From NCBI RefSeq assembly GCF_020745735.1, contig NC_083435.1, positions 36,729,090-36,793,089 of the forward strand: DNA of 64,000 nt, read 5' to 3'. The notes beneath the pieces were generated by a model. The model did no database searches. It saw only the letters and a list, made by a program, of their open reading frames with translations, and was not told the DNA's origin. The stretch comes from Hemiscyllium ocellatum (lineage: Eukaryota). Positions 24,231 through 37,204 of the stretch are shown piece by piece. Every line of letters starts with the position of its first letter. Positions within the stretch are counted from its first letter, which is position 1. The position numbers and the translations under genes are program-made.

Positions 24231-25375
24231 AGGTCTAAGTCCCCATTCCCCTTCGGGCCTTGTCAGTAATGTAAAGCACCATCAGCCAGACTGATGGAGT
24301 GCAGCTCTGTGTATGTTATCGGCTGCCACGGAGTATGTACTGGCCCAGAGTCTCCATGGCAACTGCTAAACTCTCCATGGAGACAATCAGACACATGGTA
24401 TGTAGACCCAGCCCAGAAAAACTAACATCGATGGACTCTTCTAACCTTCAATCCAATGTCTCTGAACAAACCTGCCCGCTGCTGCTATGCCTGTACAGTT
24501 TAGTGAAATCATGACTGACCAATCACCTGCTCCCTGGGACTGAGCAGGCACTCAGTCTCTGACCATCCTCCAAATGCCAGGGGCCTGGGCTGTTCCTTCC
24601 ACAACCCACTGCAGAGACGTGCCAGAGATGTGCCCACCAGAATGTGGGGCTGTGTTAACGGGAGAAAGAGATCCCACTGCAGTGAATGTTACTCACCTGG
24701 TGGGGAGTGGGAGAGGGGGTTCAGTTGGTGCACCCTCTGAGGGTGTAGTGACGCCTCCCCAGCAGTGGAGGAGGAGCTGACACACGGAGGGGTTTGCCTC
24801 TTTGGGTGGGGGCTGTGTGGCTGCTGCCTGTAAAAGGGAAGAGTGGGCATTCATTGTCCAATAGGTTTGTGTATACTAAGATGTTGACAGTGCTGGTGAT
24901 GGATGTACAGAGCAGTCCAGATTAATGTAGCTCACTGGGTCACCAAGACATGCAGCTATCAGTATTTCCACATGAATGGTTACACTCCTCTCCAGCAATG
25001 TCGAGGGTCTTCTCCACTTTGGGACTAAGGAGTCAAACGGTGGTGAGCTGTCACTTCCACCTTGGTTTGGTCAGCCTGAAGGTATGAGAAATTCTCCAGC
25101 AATGTGACAAAGAAAGGGAACACCAACTTAATATTTCCAATCTGATGTGACTCTTTTTTGGAACTCAGCATTCGGAACGGAATTACAAAGATGAGCCAGA
25201 CTGAACTCAAAATGTTCGGTCTGTGTTTCTGTCCCCACAGATGTTGCTTGACCTGCTGAGTTTCTCCAGCACTTTCTGCTTTTATTTCAGATCTTCAGCA
25301 GCTGCAGTGCTTTGCTTTGGTTTGAGGCAAAGGGAGGGATTGAGTCAGATGACAATGCATGGAGGAGCAGTTCAT

Positions 25376-27380
25376 AAGACCATAAGACCATAAGACATAG
25401 GAGTGGAAGTAAGGCCATTTGGCCCATCGAGTCCACTCCGCCATTCAATCATGGCTGATGGGCATTTCAACTCCCCTTACCCGCATTCTCCCTGTAGCCC
25501 TTAATTCCTCGTGACATCAAGAATCTATCAACCTCTGCCTTGAAGACATTTAGCGTCCCGGCCTCCATTGCACTCTGCGGCAATGAATTCCACAGGCCCA
25601 CCACTCTCTGGCTGAAGAAATGTCTCCGCATTTCTGTTCTGAATTGACCCCCTCTAATTTTAAGGCTGTGTCCACGAGTCCAAGTCTCCTCTCCTAACGG
25701 AAACTATTTCCTAGCGTTCACCCTTTCCAAGCCATGTATTATCTTGTACGTTTCTATTAAGTCTCCCCTCAATCTTCTAAACTCCAATGAATACAATCCC
25801 AGGATCCTCAGCTGTTCCTCGTATGTTAGACCAACCATTCCAGGGATCATCCGTGTGAATCTCCGCTGGACACGTTCCAGTGCCAGTATGTCCTTCCTGA
25901 GGTGTGGGGACCAAAACTGGACACAGTATTCCTAATGGAACCTAACCAGAGCTTTATAAAGTCTCCATAGCACAACAGTGCTTTTATATTCCAACCCTCT
26001 TGAGATATGTGACAACATTGCATTCGCTTTCTTAATCACGGACTCAACCTGCATGTTTACCTTTAAAGAATCCTTGACTAGTACTCCCAGATCCCTTTGT
26101 ACTTTGGCTTTACGAATTTTCTCATCGTTTAGAAAGTAGTCTATGCTTTTATTCTTTTTGCCAAAGTGCAAGACCTCGCATTTGCTCACGTTGAATTCCA
26201 TCAGCCATTTCCTGGACCACTCTCCCAAACTGTCTAGATCCTTCTGCAGCCTCCCCACTTCCTCAGTACTACCTGCCTGTCCACCTAACTTCGTATCATC
26301 GGCAAACATCGCTAGAATGTCCCTAGTCCCTTCATCCAAATCATTAATATATAATGTGAACAGCTGTGGCCCCAACATTGAACCCTGCAGGACACCGCTC
26401 GTCACCGGCTGCCATTCTGAAAAAGAAACTTTTATCCCAACTCTCTGCCTTCTGTCAGACAGCCAATCCTCAATCCATCCCAGTAGCTCACCTTGAACAC
26501 CATGGGCCCTCACCTTGCTCAGCAGCCTCCCGTGTGGCACCTTATCAAAGGCCTTTTGGAAGTCTAGATAGACCACATCCACTGGGTTTCCCTGGTCTAA
26601 CCCACTTGTCACCTCTTCAAAGAATTCCAACAGGTTTGTCAGGCATGACCTCCCCTTACTAAATCCATGTTGACTTGTTCTAATCAGACTCTGCTCTTCC
26701 AAGAATTTAGAAACCTCATCCTTAATGATGGATTCTAGAATTTTACCAACAACCGAGGTTAAACTGATTGGCCTATAATTTTCCATCTTTTGTGTTGATC
26801 CTTTCTTGAACAAGAGGGTTACAACAGCAATCTTCCAATCATCCGGGACTTTCCCTGACTCCAGTGACTCTTGAAAGATGTCAATCAATGCCTCCACTAT
26901 TTCCTCAGCCACCTCTCTCAGAACTCTAGGATGTATCCCATCGGGGCCAGGAGATTTATCAATTTTAAGACCTTTTAGCTTTTCTAGCACTTTCTCTTTT
27001 GTAACGGCAACCATACTCAACTCAGCCCCCTGACTCCCTTTAATTGTTGGGATATTACTCATGTCTTCCACTGTGAAAACTGACGCAAAGTACTTGTTAA
27101 GTTCTCCTGCTATTTCCTTATCTCCCATTACTAGGCTTCCAGCATCAGTTTGAAGTGGCCCAATGTCTACTTTTGCCTGTCGTTTGTTTCTTATGTATTG
27201 AAAGAAACTTTTACTATCATTTCTAATATTACTGGCTAGCCTACCTTCATATTTGATCCTCTCCTTTCTTATTTCTCTCTTTGTTATCCTCTGTTTGTTT
27301 TTGTAACCTTCCCAATCTTCTGATTTCCCACTGCTCTTGGCCACTTTATAGGATCTCTCTTTTTCTTTAATAGATTTCCA
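25376..27380 (-). mobile_element. 5'-truncated CR1 with RT-containing ORF2 segment
   Basis: ORF 25932-27461: KSPGPDG, QHGF, DFQKAFDKV, FADD; tail (tcttatgg)n at 25376-25405. Confidence 0.93.
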
Positions 27381-27854
27381 TGACAATGCAAGAGCAGGAG
27401 AGGTGGTGAAATATCCCCAGTGAGGGAGTAAGAAACACAGAGGGCAGGTAGGGTTAGTCATTTAGGAGGATGAAGTGGGTGAGAGTCAGTGAGAGGTGAT
27501 GCTATGAATAATGGTGACAGTTGTAAACCATGAGCCTTTTGAGCTTCCTGTGCAGTGATTATGGAGAAGCAGAGTGAAGGTGGTGACACTTACACCAGCA
27601 GCGTAAAGAATATCAGCAACTTTCTTCCAGCACTGCTGTGCCTTTATATGCTTGCACAAAGTGGAACTGACTTGGGTGACTGCATTAATCCAGGCTCCCT
27701 GGATCTGGGGGCAAGGCCTCCTTTATCAGTCAGCAGGATACATCACTGCCCTCCTCTCTACTGTCTAGTCCCCCAGCAAAGGATTCTGGGTAATCCAAGA
27801 TGGAGGACAGGAAAGCTTTCTGGCTGTAAGAGCTGCTCCTTTTTGTGAAGTATT

Positions 27855-28155
27855 TTAGGTGCTGGAGGTGATTTTCTCGAATTCCAGGAGCAGCAATTAC
27901 TGTTTTATTTGCTGTTGCATTGTTTTGGAACTTTGGGGGGAAAAAAAGTCAAAACAACAGCAGTTTTTAAAGGGAGAAGAACAGACAAAGGAAGCACATG
28001 GTGAGGACATTGCAGGGGGGAGAGAGAGAGAGAGAGAGAGAACCTGCACAGTACTGCCTTTGCTGAATTTGAATTCATGTGTCGCTGGATATCGGAGTGC
28101 GTCTGGGAAAATTAACAAACAGTGAATTTCACAACTAAACTTGGAGCAACCTGTT
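27855..28155 (+). mobile_element. Unclassified LTR-like interspersed repeat
   Basis: gtgctggaggtgattttctcgaattc..gctgttgcattgttttggaact matches reverse complement of 57410-57540. Confidence 0.55.
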
Positions 28156-28362
28156 AGCTGCCAGAGGATGTGGTGGAGGCTGGTACAATTGCAACACTTA
28201 AGAGGCATTTGAATGGGTATATGAATAGGAAGGGTTTGGAGGAATATGGGCCGGGTGCTGGTAGGTGGGACTAGATTGGGTTGGGCTATCTGGTCGGCAT
28301 GGATGGGTTGGACCGAAGGGTCTGTTTCTGTGCAGTACATCTCTATGACTCCATGACTCTCT
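28156..28362 (+). mobile_element. CR1 3' end
   Basis: gagctgccagaggatgtggtgg..ctctatgactccatgact. Confidence 0.85.
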
Positions 28363-29299
28363 AACTCCAGGTCCCTGTCAATGAAGCTTCACATCCTCAT
28401 TGGAGCAGAACAGTGAGAGGGCAGTCTCAGGCTTCGAGGTTTTGAAGTGTTGGGGAACTGGATGTTAAACATGACTCCAGCATCGAAGCAACTCAAGGCC
28501 CCTGTGCAGTGGTAATTATCTCCGGTAAGATCCGAAAGCCCAAAAGGACATCTAACTGTTAATTAATGAACAGCAAAGCATAGAATTGTACAACACAAGT
28601 CACCATGGGTCATGGTGGGAAATTCATCAAGAAACCTCCGGAAATCTACACACAGCTTCAAAAGGAGAAGCTTCAGCCCCGTAACCTGTTATTGATCATC
28701 TCCACTTCCTTATCTCTGAGGTATTTAATTTAGAGATCCCCATCTCTTTTCATATTTGCTCCTGGATTCATATCGTCCATTCTGTAACACGGGAGAGTAT
28801 TGATCTCCCCCCTTTATGTATGAATGGACACTGAGACCCCGTGAGATGACAGAATTCCCCAACAATTCTCCTGGAGGATCACAACCACCTGACTGGATTC
28901 TTACTTGCACAATCTCAAATCTGTCCCCAGGGGAGCTGGTGGTAACATGGTACTGTCACGAGATTTGTAATCCTGAGGTTTAGGTTAATGTTCAGGGGAC
29001 ACATGTTCAACTTAACCAAAGCAGCTGGTGGAATTTAAACTGCAAGAATAAATCTGGATTCTGAAGCTAATCTTGGTTGTGGTGACCATAGCAATTTTCA
29101 TTGTTTTAAAAACCTATCTTTTCAGAAAGGAAATGGCCATCCACACCCAGAGTAGCCAAAATATGATTCCTGACTGACCTTCTTAATGGTCCTTAAACTA
29201 TCCAGTTGGAATAGTCAGGGATGGAGAGCAAATGCTGCCTTATATGTATAATGTCTAAAGAGATGTAAATCTCCTGATCTTCATTCCCAGTGATCATTA

Positions 29300-29765
29300 T
29301 TCTGAAAGATTGAACATAGTTATTGGTAAGGATAAGGCTGGTCCTCAGGTGAAAGGGCGAAACTGGGTAAAGGATAATTCCAAACGGATTTGGCAGGAAT
29401 TGGAGAAATTAGATTGCGGGGGACTGTTTGATGGTCAATCCACATCTGACATGTGGGAAGACTTTTTAAGGCCAGTTGATCAGAATTCAGGACCAGCCTG
29501 TTCCTGTGAGGATGAAAAATAAGGATGACGAGATTTGGGAATCCTGGATGATAAGAAATATTGAAAGATTAGTTAAAAATGAGAAGCAAAGTATGTTACG
29601 TTTAAGAAACTGAAATCAGACAAAGCAATTGAGAAGATAAAGGAAGTAAAGAAGTATTTAAATAAGGAATTAAGAGCAATAAAATGGGCCATGAGGTGTC
29701 CTTGGCAATCAGGATTTAGGAAAATCCCAAAGCATTTTATACATATATTAGAAAGTGAGCAACTA
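29300..29765 (+). mobile_element. Degenerate CR1 ORF2 fragment
   Basis: Parallels 7020-7450 (WEDF, ENPKAFY region). Confidence 0.65.
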
Positions 29766-29775
29766 CGGAAAGGGC

Positions 29776-31200
29776 AGTGTGGGGGTTAATGGGGTGGATC
29801 ATCTACAGAGAGCCCAGTGTGGGGGTTAATGGGGTGGGTCATCTACAGAGAGCTCAGTGTGGGGGTTAATGGGGTGGGTCATCTACAGAGAGCTCAGTGT
29901 GAGGATTAATGGAGTGGGTCATCTACAGAGAGCCCAGTATGGTGGTTATTGGTTTGGGTCATGTACAGAGAGGCCAGTGTGGGGGTTAATGGGGTGGGTC
30001 ATGTACAGGGAGCCCAGTGTGGGGGTTAATGGGGTGGGTCATGTACAGAGAGCCCAGAGTGAGGGTTAATGGAGAGGGTCATGTACAGAGAGCCCAGTGT
30101 GGGGATTAATGGAGTAGATTGTGTACAGAGAGCCCAGTGTGGGGATTAATGGAGTAGATTATGTACAGAGAGCCCAGTGTGGGGATTAATGGAGTAGATT
30201 GTGTACAGAGAGCCCAGTGTGGGTGTTAATGGAGTAGATTGTGTACAGAGAGCCCAGTGTGGGGATTAATGGAGTAGATTGTGTACAGAGAGCCCAGTGT
30301 GGGGATTAATGGAGTAGATTGTGTACAGGGAGCCCAGTGTGGGGGTTAATGGGGTGGGTCATGTACAGGGAGCCCAGTGTGGGGGTTAATGGAGAGGGTC
30401 ATGTACAGAGAGCCCAGTGTGGGGATTAATGGAGTAGATTGTGTACAGAGAGCCCAGTGTGGGGATTAATGGAGTAGATTATGTACAGAGAGCCCAGTGT
30501 TGGGGTTAATGGAGTCGATTGTGTACAGAGAGCCCAGTGTTGGGGTTAATGGAGTAGATTGTGTACAGAGAGCCCAGTGTGGGGGTTAATGGAGTAGACT
30601 GTGTACAGAGAGCCCAGTGTGGGGGTTAATGGGATGGGTCATGTACAGGGAGCCCAGTGTGGGGATTAATGGAGTAGATTGTGTACAGAGAGCCCAGTGT
30701 GGGTGTTAATGGAGTAGATTGTGTACAGAGAGCCCAGTGTGGGGGTTAATGGAGTAGATTGTGTACAGAGAGCCCAGTGTGGGTGTTAATGGAGTAGATT
30801 GTGTACAGACAGCCCAGTGTGGGTGTTAATGGAGTAGATTGTGTACAGAGAGCCCAGTGTGGGTGTTAATGGAGTAGACTGTGTACAGAGAGCCCAGTGT
30901 GGGGGTTAATGGAGTAGACTGTGTACAGAGAGCCCAGTGTGGGGGTTAATGGAGTAGATTGTGTACAGAGAGCCCAGTGTGGGGGTTAATGGAGTAGATT
31001 GTGTACAGAGAGCCCAGTGTGGGGTTTAATGGAGTAGATTGTGTACAGAGAGCCCAGTGTGGGGGTTAATGGAGTAGATTGTGTACAGAGAGCCTAGTGT
31101 GGGGTTTAATGGAGTAGATTGTGTACAGAGAGCCCAGTGTGGGGTTTAATGGAGTAGACTGTGTACAGAGAGCCCAGTGTGGGGGTTAATGGAGTGGGGT
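29776..31200. repeat. 40-bp minisatellite, about 35 copies
   Basis: Unit gtgtacagagagcccagtgtggggattaatggagtagatt. Confidence 0.97.
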
Positions 31201-31202
31201 AC

Positions 31203-32040
31203 ATCTTAAGATCAGCCAAAATAGGAACAGAAGGAGGTCATTCGGTTCCTCCTCCATTCAATAGGATCGTGGTTGGTCTGACAATCTTCACATTAAGTTT
31301 GTTGCCTTTTTCACATTACTCTTAATCTCATCCTGATCAAGAAACTATCTCAGCCTGAAAAACCCACAAGGATTCTACCCCACAGTTGTCTGTAGCAAGG
31401 AGTTTCAAACTCCCCGAAGCCTCTGAGAAAAGAAATGTCTCCTTAATTTAAATTGGAACCCCTTTCATTCTGAGACAATACCTTTTGAGTCCTCAGCTCT
31501 CTCTTGAGGGAAACGTTCTTTCAGCATTGATGATGTGAATCTCCTTAAGAATGGTACATGTGACCATGTGATCACCTCTCATCCCTCAAAACTGCAGGGA
31601 GAAGAGTCCCAACCTGGTGAAGCTTTTCTCACAAAACAATCCTTCCATACCAGGGATTATCCCAGCAAACCTTCCCTGACCTGCCTCCAAATCTGTGATA
31701 TCTGTCCTTAAATCAGGGATCCGAAACTGCTTACCCTGCTTCAGTGATCCCACAGCACTAGGTACAGTTGCATTTAGACCTCTCAACTCTTCGACTCCAA
31801 GCCCCTTGAAACAATGGCCAGTATTCCATTTACCTTCCTGATTACCTGCTCTTCCTGTGTGCTCGCTTTCTGTGTTTCCTGCACAAGGATCCCTTAGCGT
31901 TCTGCAGTTTTTCTCCATTTAACTGATATTGTGTTCTTTTGTCCCCCTTCCAAAATGAATACGTTCACGTATTCCCACGTTGTACTCCTTTTGTCCACTT
32001 ATTTATTCTTTTGATATTTTTCCATCAAGTCTATATCGCA
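31203..32040 (-). mobile_element. Degenerate 5'-truncated CR1
   Basis: Reverse strand resembles ORF2 C-terminus (FTRLGLFSL) and 3'UTR. Confidence 0.75.
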
Positions 32041-32184
32041 ACTTGCTTTCTCATTTAATGTTCATGGGAGATAATGGTTGTGTAGAGAGCCCAGTCTAGG
32101 GGTTAATAGAGTCGGTCATACAGAGAGTCCAGTCTTGGGGGTTAATGCAATGGATGAGAAATGAATCATCTCAGACTGCCTCCA

Positions 32185-32560
32185 TGTGAGCTGATTGCAG
32201 TTCACTGCTTAATTCATCAAGAGGATCCGTCCACACAGACCCTACTGCTGAGCACCATCATGTCAAAAGGAGCATTAAGCTTTAACCTTATTAAAAGTGG
32301 ACATTTAAATAGCCATCAGTTGAAAGAGTTACCGAAAGCCTTGGAATCAGAGTTCAGTGAGTTAATGTACTTTTATGAAGAGAAATGACTCCTCCACAGT
32401 GGGAGGACGAGGCTGATGTGATTTCACAAACTGAGGCGCAAAGTGAATATTTTCATGAAGACAAAGGAAAAAGCTGCTTCTGACCTGAGTGAGAGCAAGT
32501 GACTGCGATACTGGGCAGTACCTGCCTGACCTCAGTGTCACATTGCAAGTTCCTAATCAT
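32185..32560 (+). mobile_element. hAT (Charlie/Buster-type) transposase relic
   Basis: LIAVHCLIHQE (CxxH motif), LNSHQLKELPKALESEFSELMYF. Confidence 0.7.
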
Positions 32561-32569
32561 CCTCATGTT

Positions 32570-33430
32570 TTTGCAAGGTTTGTGAAGGTTTGTAGCTCAG
32601 GTTGAGGTTTAGGGTGTAGGTTTGCTCGCTGAGCTGTAGGTTTGATATCCTGACGTTTCAGTACCTGGCTACGTAACATCATCAGTGGCGACCTCCAAGT
32701 GAAGCGAAGCTGTTGTCTCCTGCTTTCTATTTATATCTTTCTCCTGGATGGGGTTCCTGGGGTTTGTGGTGATGTCATTTCCTGTTCGTTTTCTGAGGAG
32801 TTGATAGGTGGTATCTAGATCTATGTGTTTGTTTATGGCGTTGTGGTTGGAGTGCCAGGCCTCCAGGAATTCTCTGGGATGTCTTTGCTTAGCCCGTCCC
32901 AGAATAGATGTGTTGTCCCAGTCGAAATTGTGTTTTTTTTCATCCGTGTGTAGGGATACGAGGGAGAGAGGGTCATGTCATTTTGTGGCTAGCTGGTGTT
33001 CGTGTATCCTGCAGCACAGATGAACTTCAGAAAACAGAGGAGAACCATCTATACAACGTATTCAAGAAGAACGGATACTCAAAAAATACAGTGCGCAGAT
33101 TCCTCAGGAACAAACCACGACAAGCAGACCAAACACAGCCAGAAACCCTAACCACCTTACCTTACTTCAAAGAAATTTCAGAAATGACAGCCAGACTACT
33201 AAGACCCCTCGGAATCCTAGTAGCACACAAACCCACCAACACTCTCAAACAAAAACTAACAAACTTTAAAGACCCAATACAACCCATGGACAAAACCAAT
33301 GCCATCTACAAAATTCCATGTAAGGACTGCCACAAACACTACGTAGGACAAACAGGAAGAAAGTTAGCCACCAGGATACACGAACACCAGCTAGCCACAA
33401 AAAGACACATCCCTCTCTCCCTCATAGCCC
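32570..33430. mobile_element. Penelope-like element with inverted 3' part
   Basis: + strand 33008-33430: TLPY..LLRPLGI..IYKIPC..YVGQTGR..RIHEH (GIY-YIG); - strand 32570-33008 carries the remaining ORF end and pLTR. Confidence 0.9.
32648..32689 (-). ncRNA. Minimal type I hammerhead ribozyme motif in pLTR, core intact
   Basis: CTGATGA-tgttacgtagccaggtact-GAAACGTC. Confidence 0.6.
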
Positions 33431-34944
33431 TGCGAATCCAGCTCAGATTAGATTTAAGCTGCCACATCCAGTCCTGATGGCAGTGACTAATTCAGCAACT
33501 CACTGGCAGAGGAGACTGTACAAATATCCCATTGTCAATGCTGGGGGAGGCCAGCACATTAGCTGCTGCCTCCGATGCCTTTGTCAATGCTGGGCAGGCA
33601 ATGAGTTTCCTTCCTTATTTTACACTTTGATAAGTTTGACTTTACTCATGAGACTATTCAGTGATTCTTTATTTGTTCAAGGATGTGGATGTCACGGGCA
33701 AAGTATGTATTTGTTGTTCATCATAATTGACCTTAATTGAGTGACCATTTCAGAGGACAGTTCAGAGTCATCCCCATCTGTGTGTATCTGTAATCACATA
33801 CACGACAGGCTGGGTGAGGATGGCAGATTTCATTCCTCAAAGAACAGTAAAGATTGAAGATATCTTTTTCCCACAATTGGCATCCAGAGTAATTTGTCAC
33901 AATTCTGATACCAATTTTCAATAGCAGTTTTTATTAATTGAATTTAAATTCCATCAGTTAAATCCTGTCAGTTTTTAGCCTATATCCCAGAGAAGTATCC
34001 TGGGCTTCTGAACAATTAGTCCAATGATATTAGCACTTCACCAGTGTCTCCAAAAACAGGCTAAAAACATTACTATCCAGGTCGTAATGCTGCTTATTGA
34101 TTGGAGAGACCCCAAAATAAACGGACAGTTGGAAGTATAACTTTTCAGCATCTTTCTGGGACTTGGAGGATGATTAGTGTGCCCCTGGTCATCACAGCTG
34201 CTTTCATCATTTTTTATGTGTTCGAACATCGTGCCCTCTCTTCCCAGTGAAACAGCCCAGACCCTCTTTAATCTCTAAGAAAGAAAACACCCAGGTTTGT
34301 TGTCAGACAGATGTCAGACAGGTCTCAGTTTCACCTTACCTTTGTCATACCTTAAACACACAGTCCCAAACAGTTGTAAAGTTATAAATCTGATGATAAA
34401 TGGGACTGGCAATCCGTGAGAATAGCATGTGGTGGGATATCCCATGCAGGGATATTGTAGAATTACCTCGGGCATACAGCAGATGAACAGCCCAGTGAAT
34501 GCAGTTAGTTCAGACCAGTATTTGTGCTCCACTTGAGCCTGTCTGGAGATCCCTTCTCATCATTTTTGGTCAATATAGCCCTCTATACTCTTCTTCTTTT
34601 GATTGTCTTTTAACTTCCTGCTCAGTGCATCTGTGCTGCAACCACTCCCTGTGGAAGGGAGTTCCTTATTCCTGCCACTATCTGGGTGAGGAATGCCCTG
34701 TCAGATACCTTGGTGATGAGGGAATATTGACATCCTCTTATATTTCTTTTCCCCAAAGTGGAATTGTTTTTCTCAGGATCTACTTCATCAAACATTTTCA
34801 GAATTTTAAAGACCTCTATTAGATCAACCCTCAGCTCTTTTCAATAATAAACAAACACAGCTTGGTCTTCCTTGCCTGATTTGCACATCCATGTGAATCT
34901 GGCATTGTCCTTGTAAACTGTCTCTGCAAACTCTCCATCCATTT

Positions 34945-35272
34945 CATAGAATCCTTCCAGTGTGGAAACAGGCCATTCAGTCCATCAAGTCCACACCAAC
35001 TCTCTGAAGGGTTCCTCAGCCAGACTCACCTCCCCCCACCCAACCCTATCATCCTGCATTTCCCAGGGCTAATCCACTGACATTGCACACTATGGGCAAT
35101 TTATCATGGCCAGTCCACTTAAACTGCATATCTTTGGTCTGTGGGAAGAAACCACAGCCAGCCCACACAGACACAGGGAGAAAGTGTAAACTGCCACCAG
35201 ACAGTCACCCAAGGTGGAATTGAGTGCTCTGGCACTGTGAGGCAGCAGTGCTAACCACTGCACCACCATGCC
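34945..35272 (-). mobile_element. tRNA-derived SINE inside a decayed CR1
   Basis: Reverse strand ggtggtgcagtggttagcactgctgcctcacag head. Confidence 0.85.
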
Positions 35273-36124
35273 ACCCCGGTGCTCTTTCATAACGTAGTGA
35301 CCAGAACTCTATGCAATATCCTCAGATATGACCACATTCCATGCTGTTTTTTCATAACTTCTCTAATTGTCAATTCTATGCCTCGACAAACATTCCACAG
35401 GGCTTGGTTTGTTTTTGTCAGGATTTTCATACTGTAGTGGTTTACCTATTGCCTGATATCGCTTTGCTGCACAATACAATTTAGTTTCTTCATTTCAAAT
35501 AATGTGTGGCTTCTTTATTTTAGTCTCCAAAATGCAAGCCAATCATCTCATGTTGCCAAGAACAAAGCTCTGGAATATAGCAATGCATCACAGTAGACCA
35601 TCATATTTCTTTCTATTACTGCAAGGAAATACAAGTCTCCTGCTATAGGGGAGAGGAGGAGAGGGGGGGTAAGTGTGACAGTCCCCCAGTGTAAGTGCTG
35701 CCTTCAGATGTGAACGCACTTGGACATCTGTATGTCTGCTGAAGTCTAGCGGCCTGGGGAATTGCTTCCAGCCTGGATCCAAGCTCTGCCCTGGTTCCTG
35801 CTGCTCACCATGGAGACCATTTCCCATCATGCTCTCTTGGTCATTGTGGGCAGGATTCCACCAGCCACTTGGGTCCAATATCAAAATCTATCGACCTACC
35901 TGAGCAGGAGCTGGTAATCTTGGCAGCCCCTCCGAGCTATTCCTCACTTTGTCTCCTTTGTTGCATTCTGCCTTTTTATTTATTTAAATATAAATATGGC
36001 TACGTAAAGATTTCAGCTTCAGTTGGTTTCACATTAAACAGATGCTTGCTTATATACAAACCTATGCTCTCGAACTCAACAATGCCTGATGTTGGTGAGT
36101 TTGTGGCTGGTATAGAAGCATAAT

Positions 36125-37200
36125 AGAAAATTGCCCAATAGCAGGACAATCCACCCCAGCTACTTACTGCCCCATCAGTCCACTCTCAGGCCTCAGTAAA
36201 GTGACTGAAGGTGTCATCAAGCAGCACCCACTCAGTAATAACCTGCTCAGTGACACCCAGTTTGGGTTCCACCAGGGTCACTCAGCTCCTGACCTCATTC
36301 CAGCCTTGAATAAAACATGGATAAAAGAGTTGAATTCCAGAGGGGAGGTGGGAATGACAGCCCCTGACATCAAGGTCACATTCGACCGAGTGTGACATCA
36401 AGTAGTCCCAGCAAAACTGGAATCCATGGTTATGAGGGAAAAATCTCTCTGGTGCTTGGAATCATAACAGGCACATAAGAAAGTGATCTGGTTATTGGAG
36501 GTCAGTCATTTCAGTCCAGAATATCTCTGCAGGAGTTCCTCAGGGCAGTGTCCATCTTCACATGCTTTATCAATGACCTTCCCTTCATTATAAGGTCAGA
36601 AGTGGGGATGTTTGCTGATGATGACATAATATTCAGTCCAATTCGTGACTCCTCAGATACTGAAGCCATCTATGTTCAAATGCAACAAGATCTGGGCAAT
36701 ATCCAGGCTTGGACTGACAAGTGGAAAGTCAAGATTAGAATGGTGCTGGAAAAGCACACAGGTCAGGCAGCATCCGAGGAGTAGGAAAATCCACGTTTTG
36801 GGCAAAAGCCCTTTGTCAGGAATGACAAGTGGAAAGTAACATTCATGCAACACCAATGTCAAGCAATGACCATCTCCAGTAAGAGACAATCTAACCTCTA
36901 CCCTTTGACTTTCAATGGCATTAACAACATTGAATTCTCACTATCAACATCCTGGGAGTTATCATTGATCAGAAACTGAACTGGACACGCCACATAAATA
37001 CAGTGTCTGCAAGAGCAGGTCAGAGGCTCGGGATAACGCCATAAGTAACTCATGTCCTGATTCGCCAAGGCCTGTCCGTAATCTACAAGGCATAAGTCAG
37101 GAGTACGATGGAGTACTTTCCTCCTGCCTGGAGCTCCAACAACATTTAAGAAGCTTGACACCAGTCAGGACAAAGCAGCCTGTTCGATTGGCATTACAGC
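36125..37200 (+). mobile_element. Decayed LINE RT (second family) with Penelope pLTR insert at about 36730-36830
   Basis: QFGFHQGHSAPDL, FINDLP, FADDD; insert ctggaaaagcac..ggcaaaagccctttgtcagg. Confidence 0.75.
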
Positions 37201-37204
37201 AAAG

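Noticed and set aside
28690-28900. Possible missing class I alpha1 exon on the - strand
   Set aside because: Only vague similarity (..KLNTSEIRKW..ITG) with several stops and a weak donor; unsupported without a profile search
3822-31200. Regular arrays (61, 40 and 40 bp) as CRISPR
   Set aside because: No unique spacers, no cas genes, eukaryotic context; they are minisatellites
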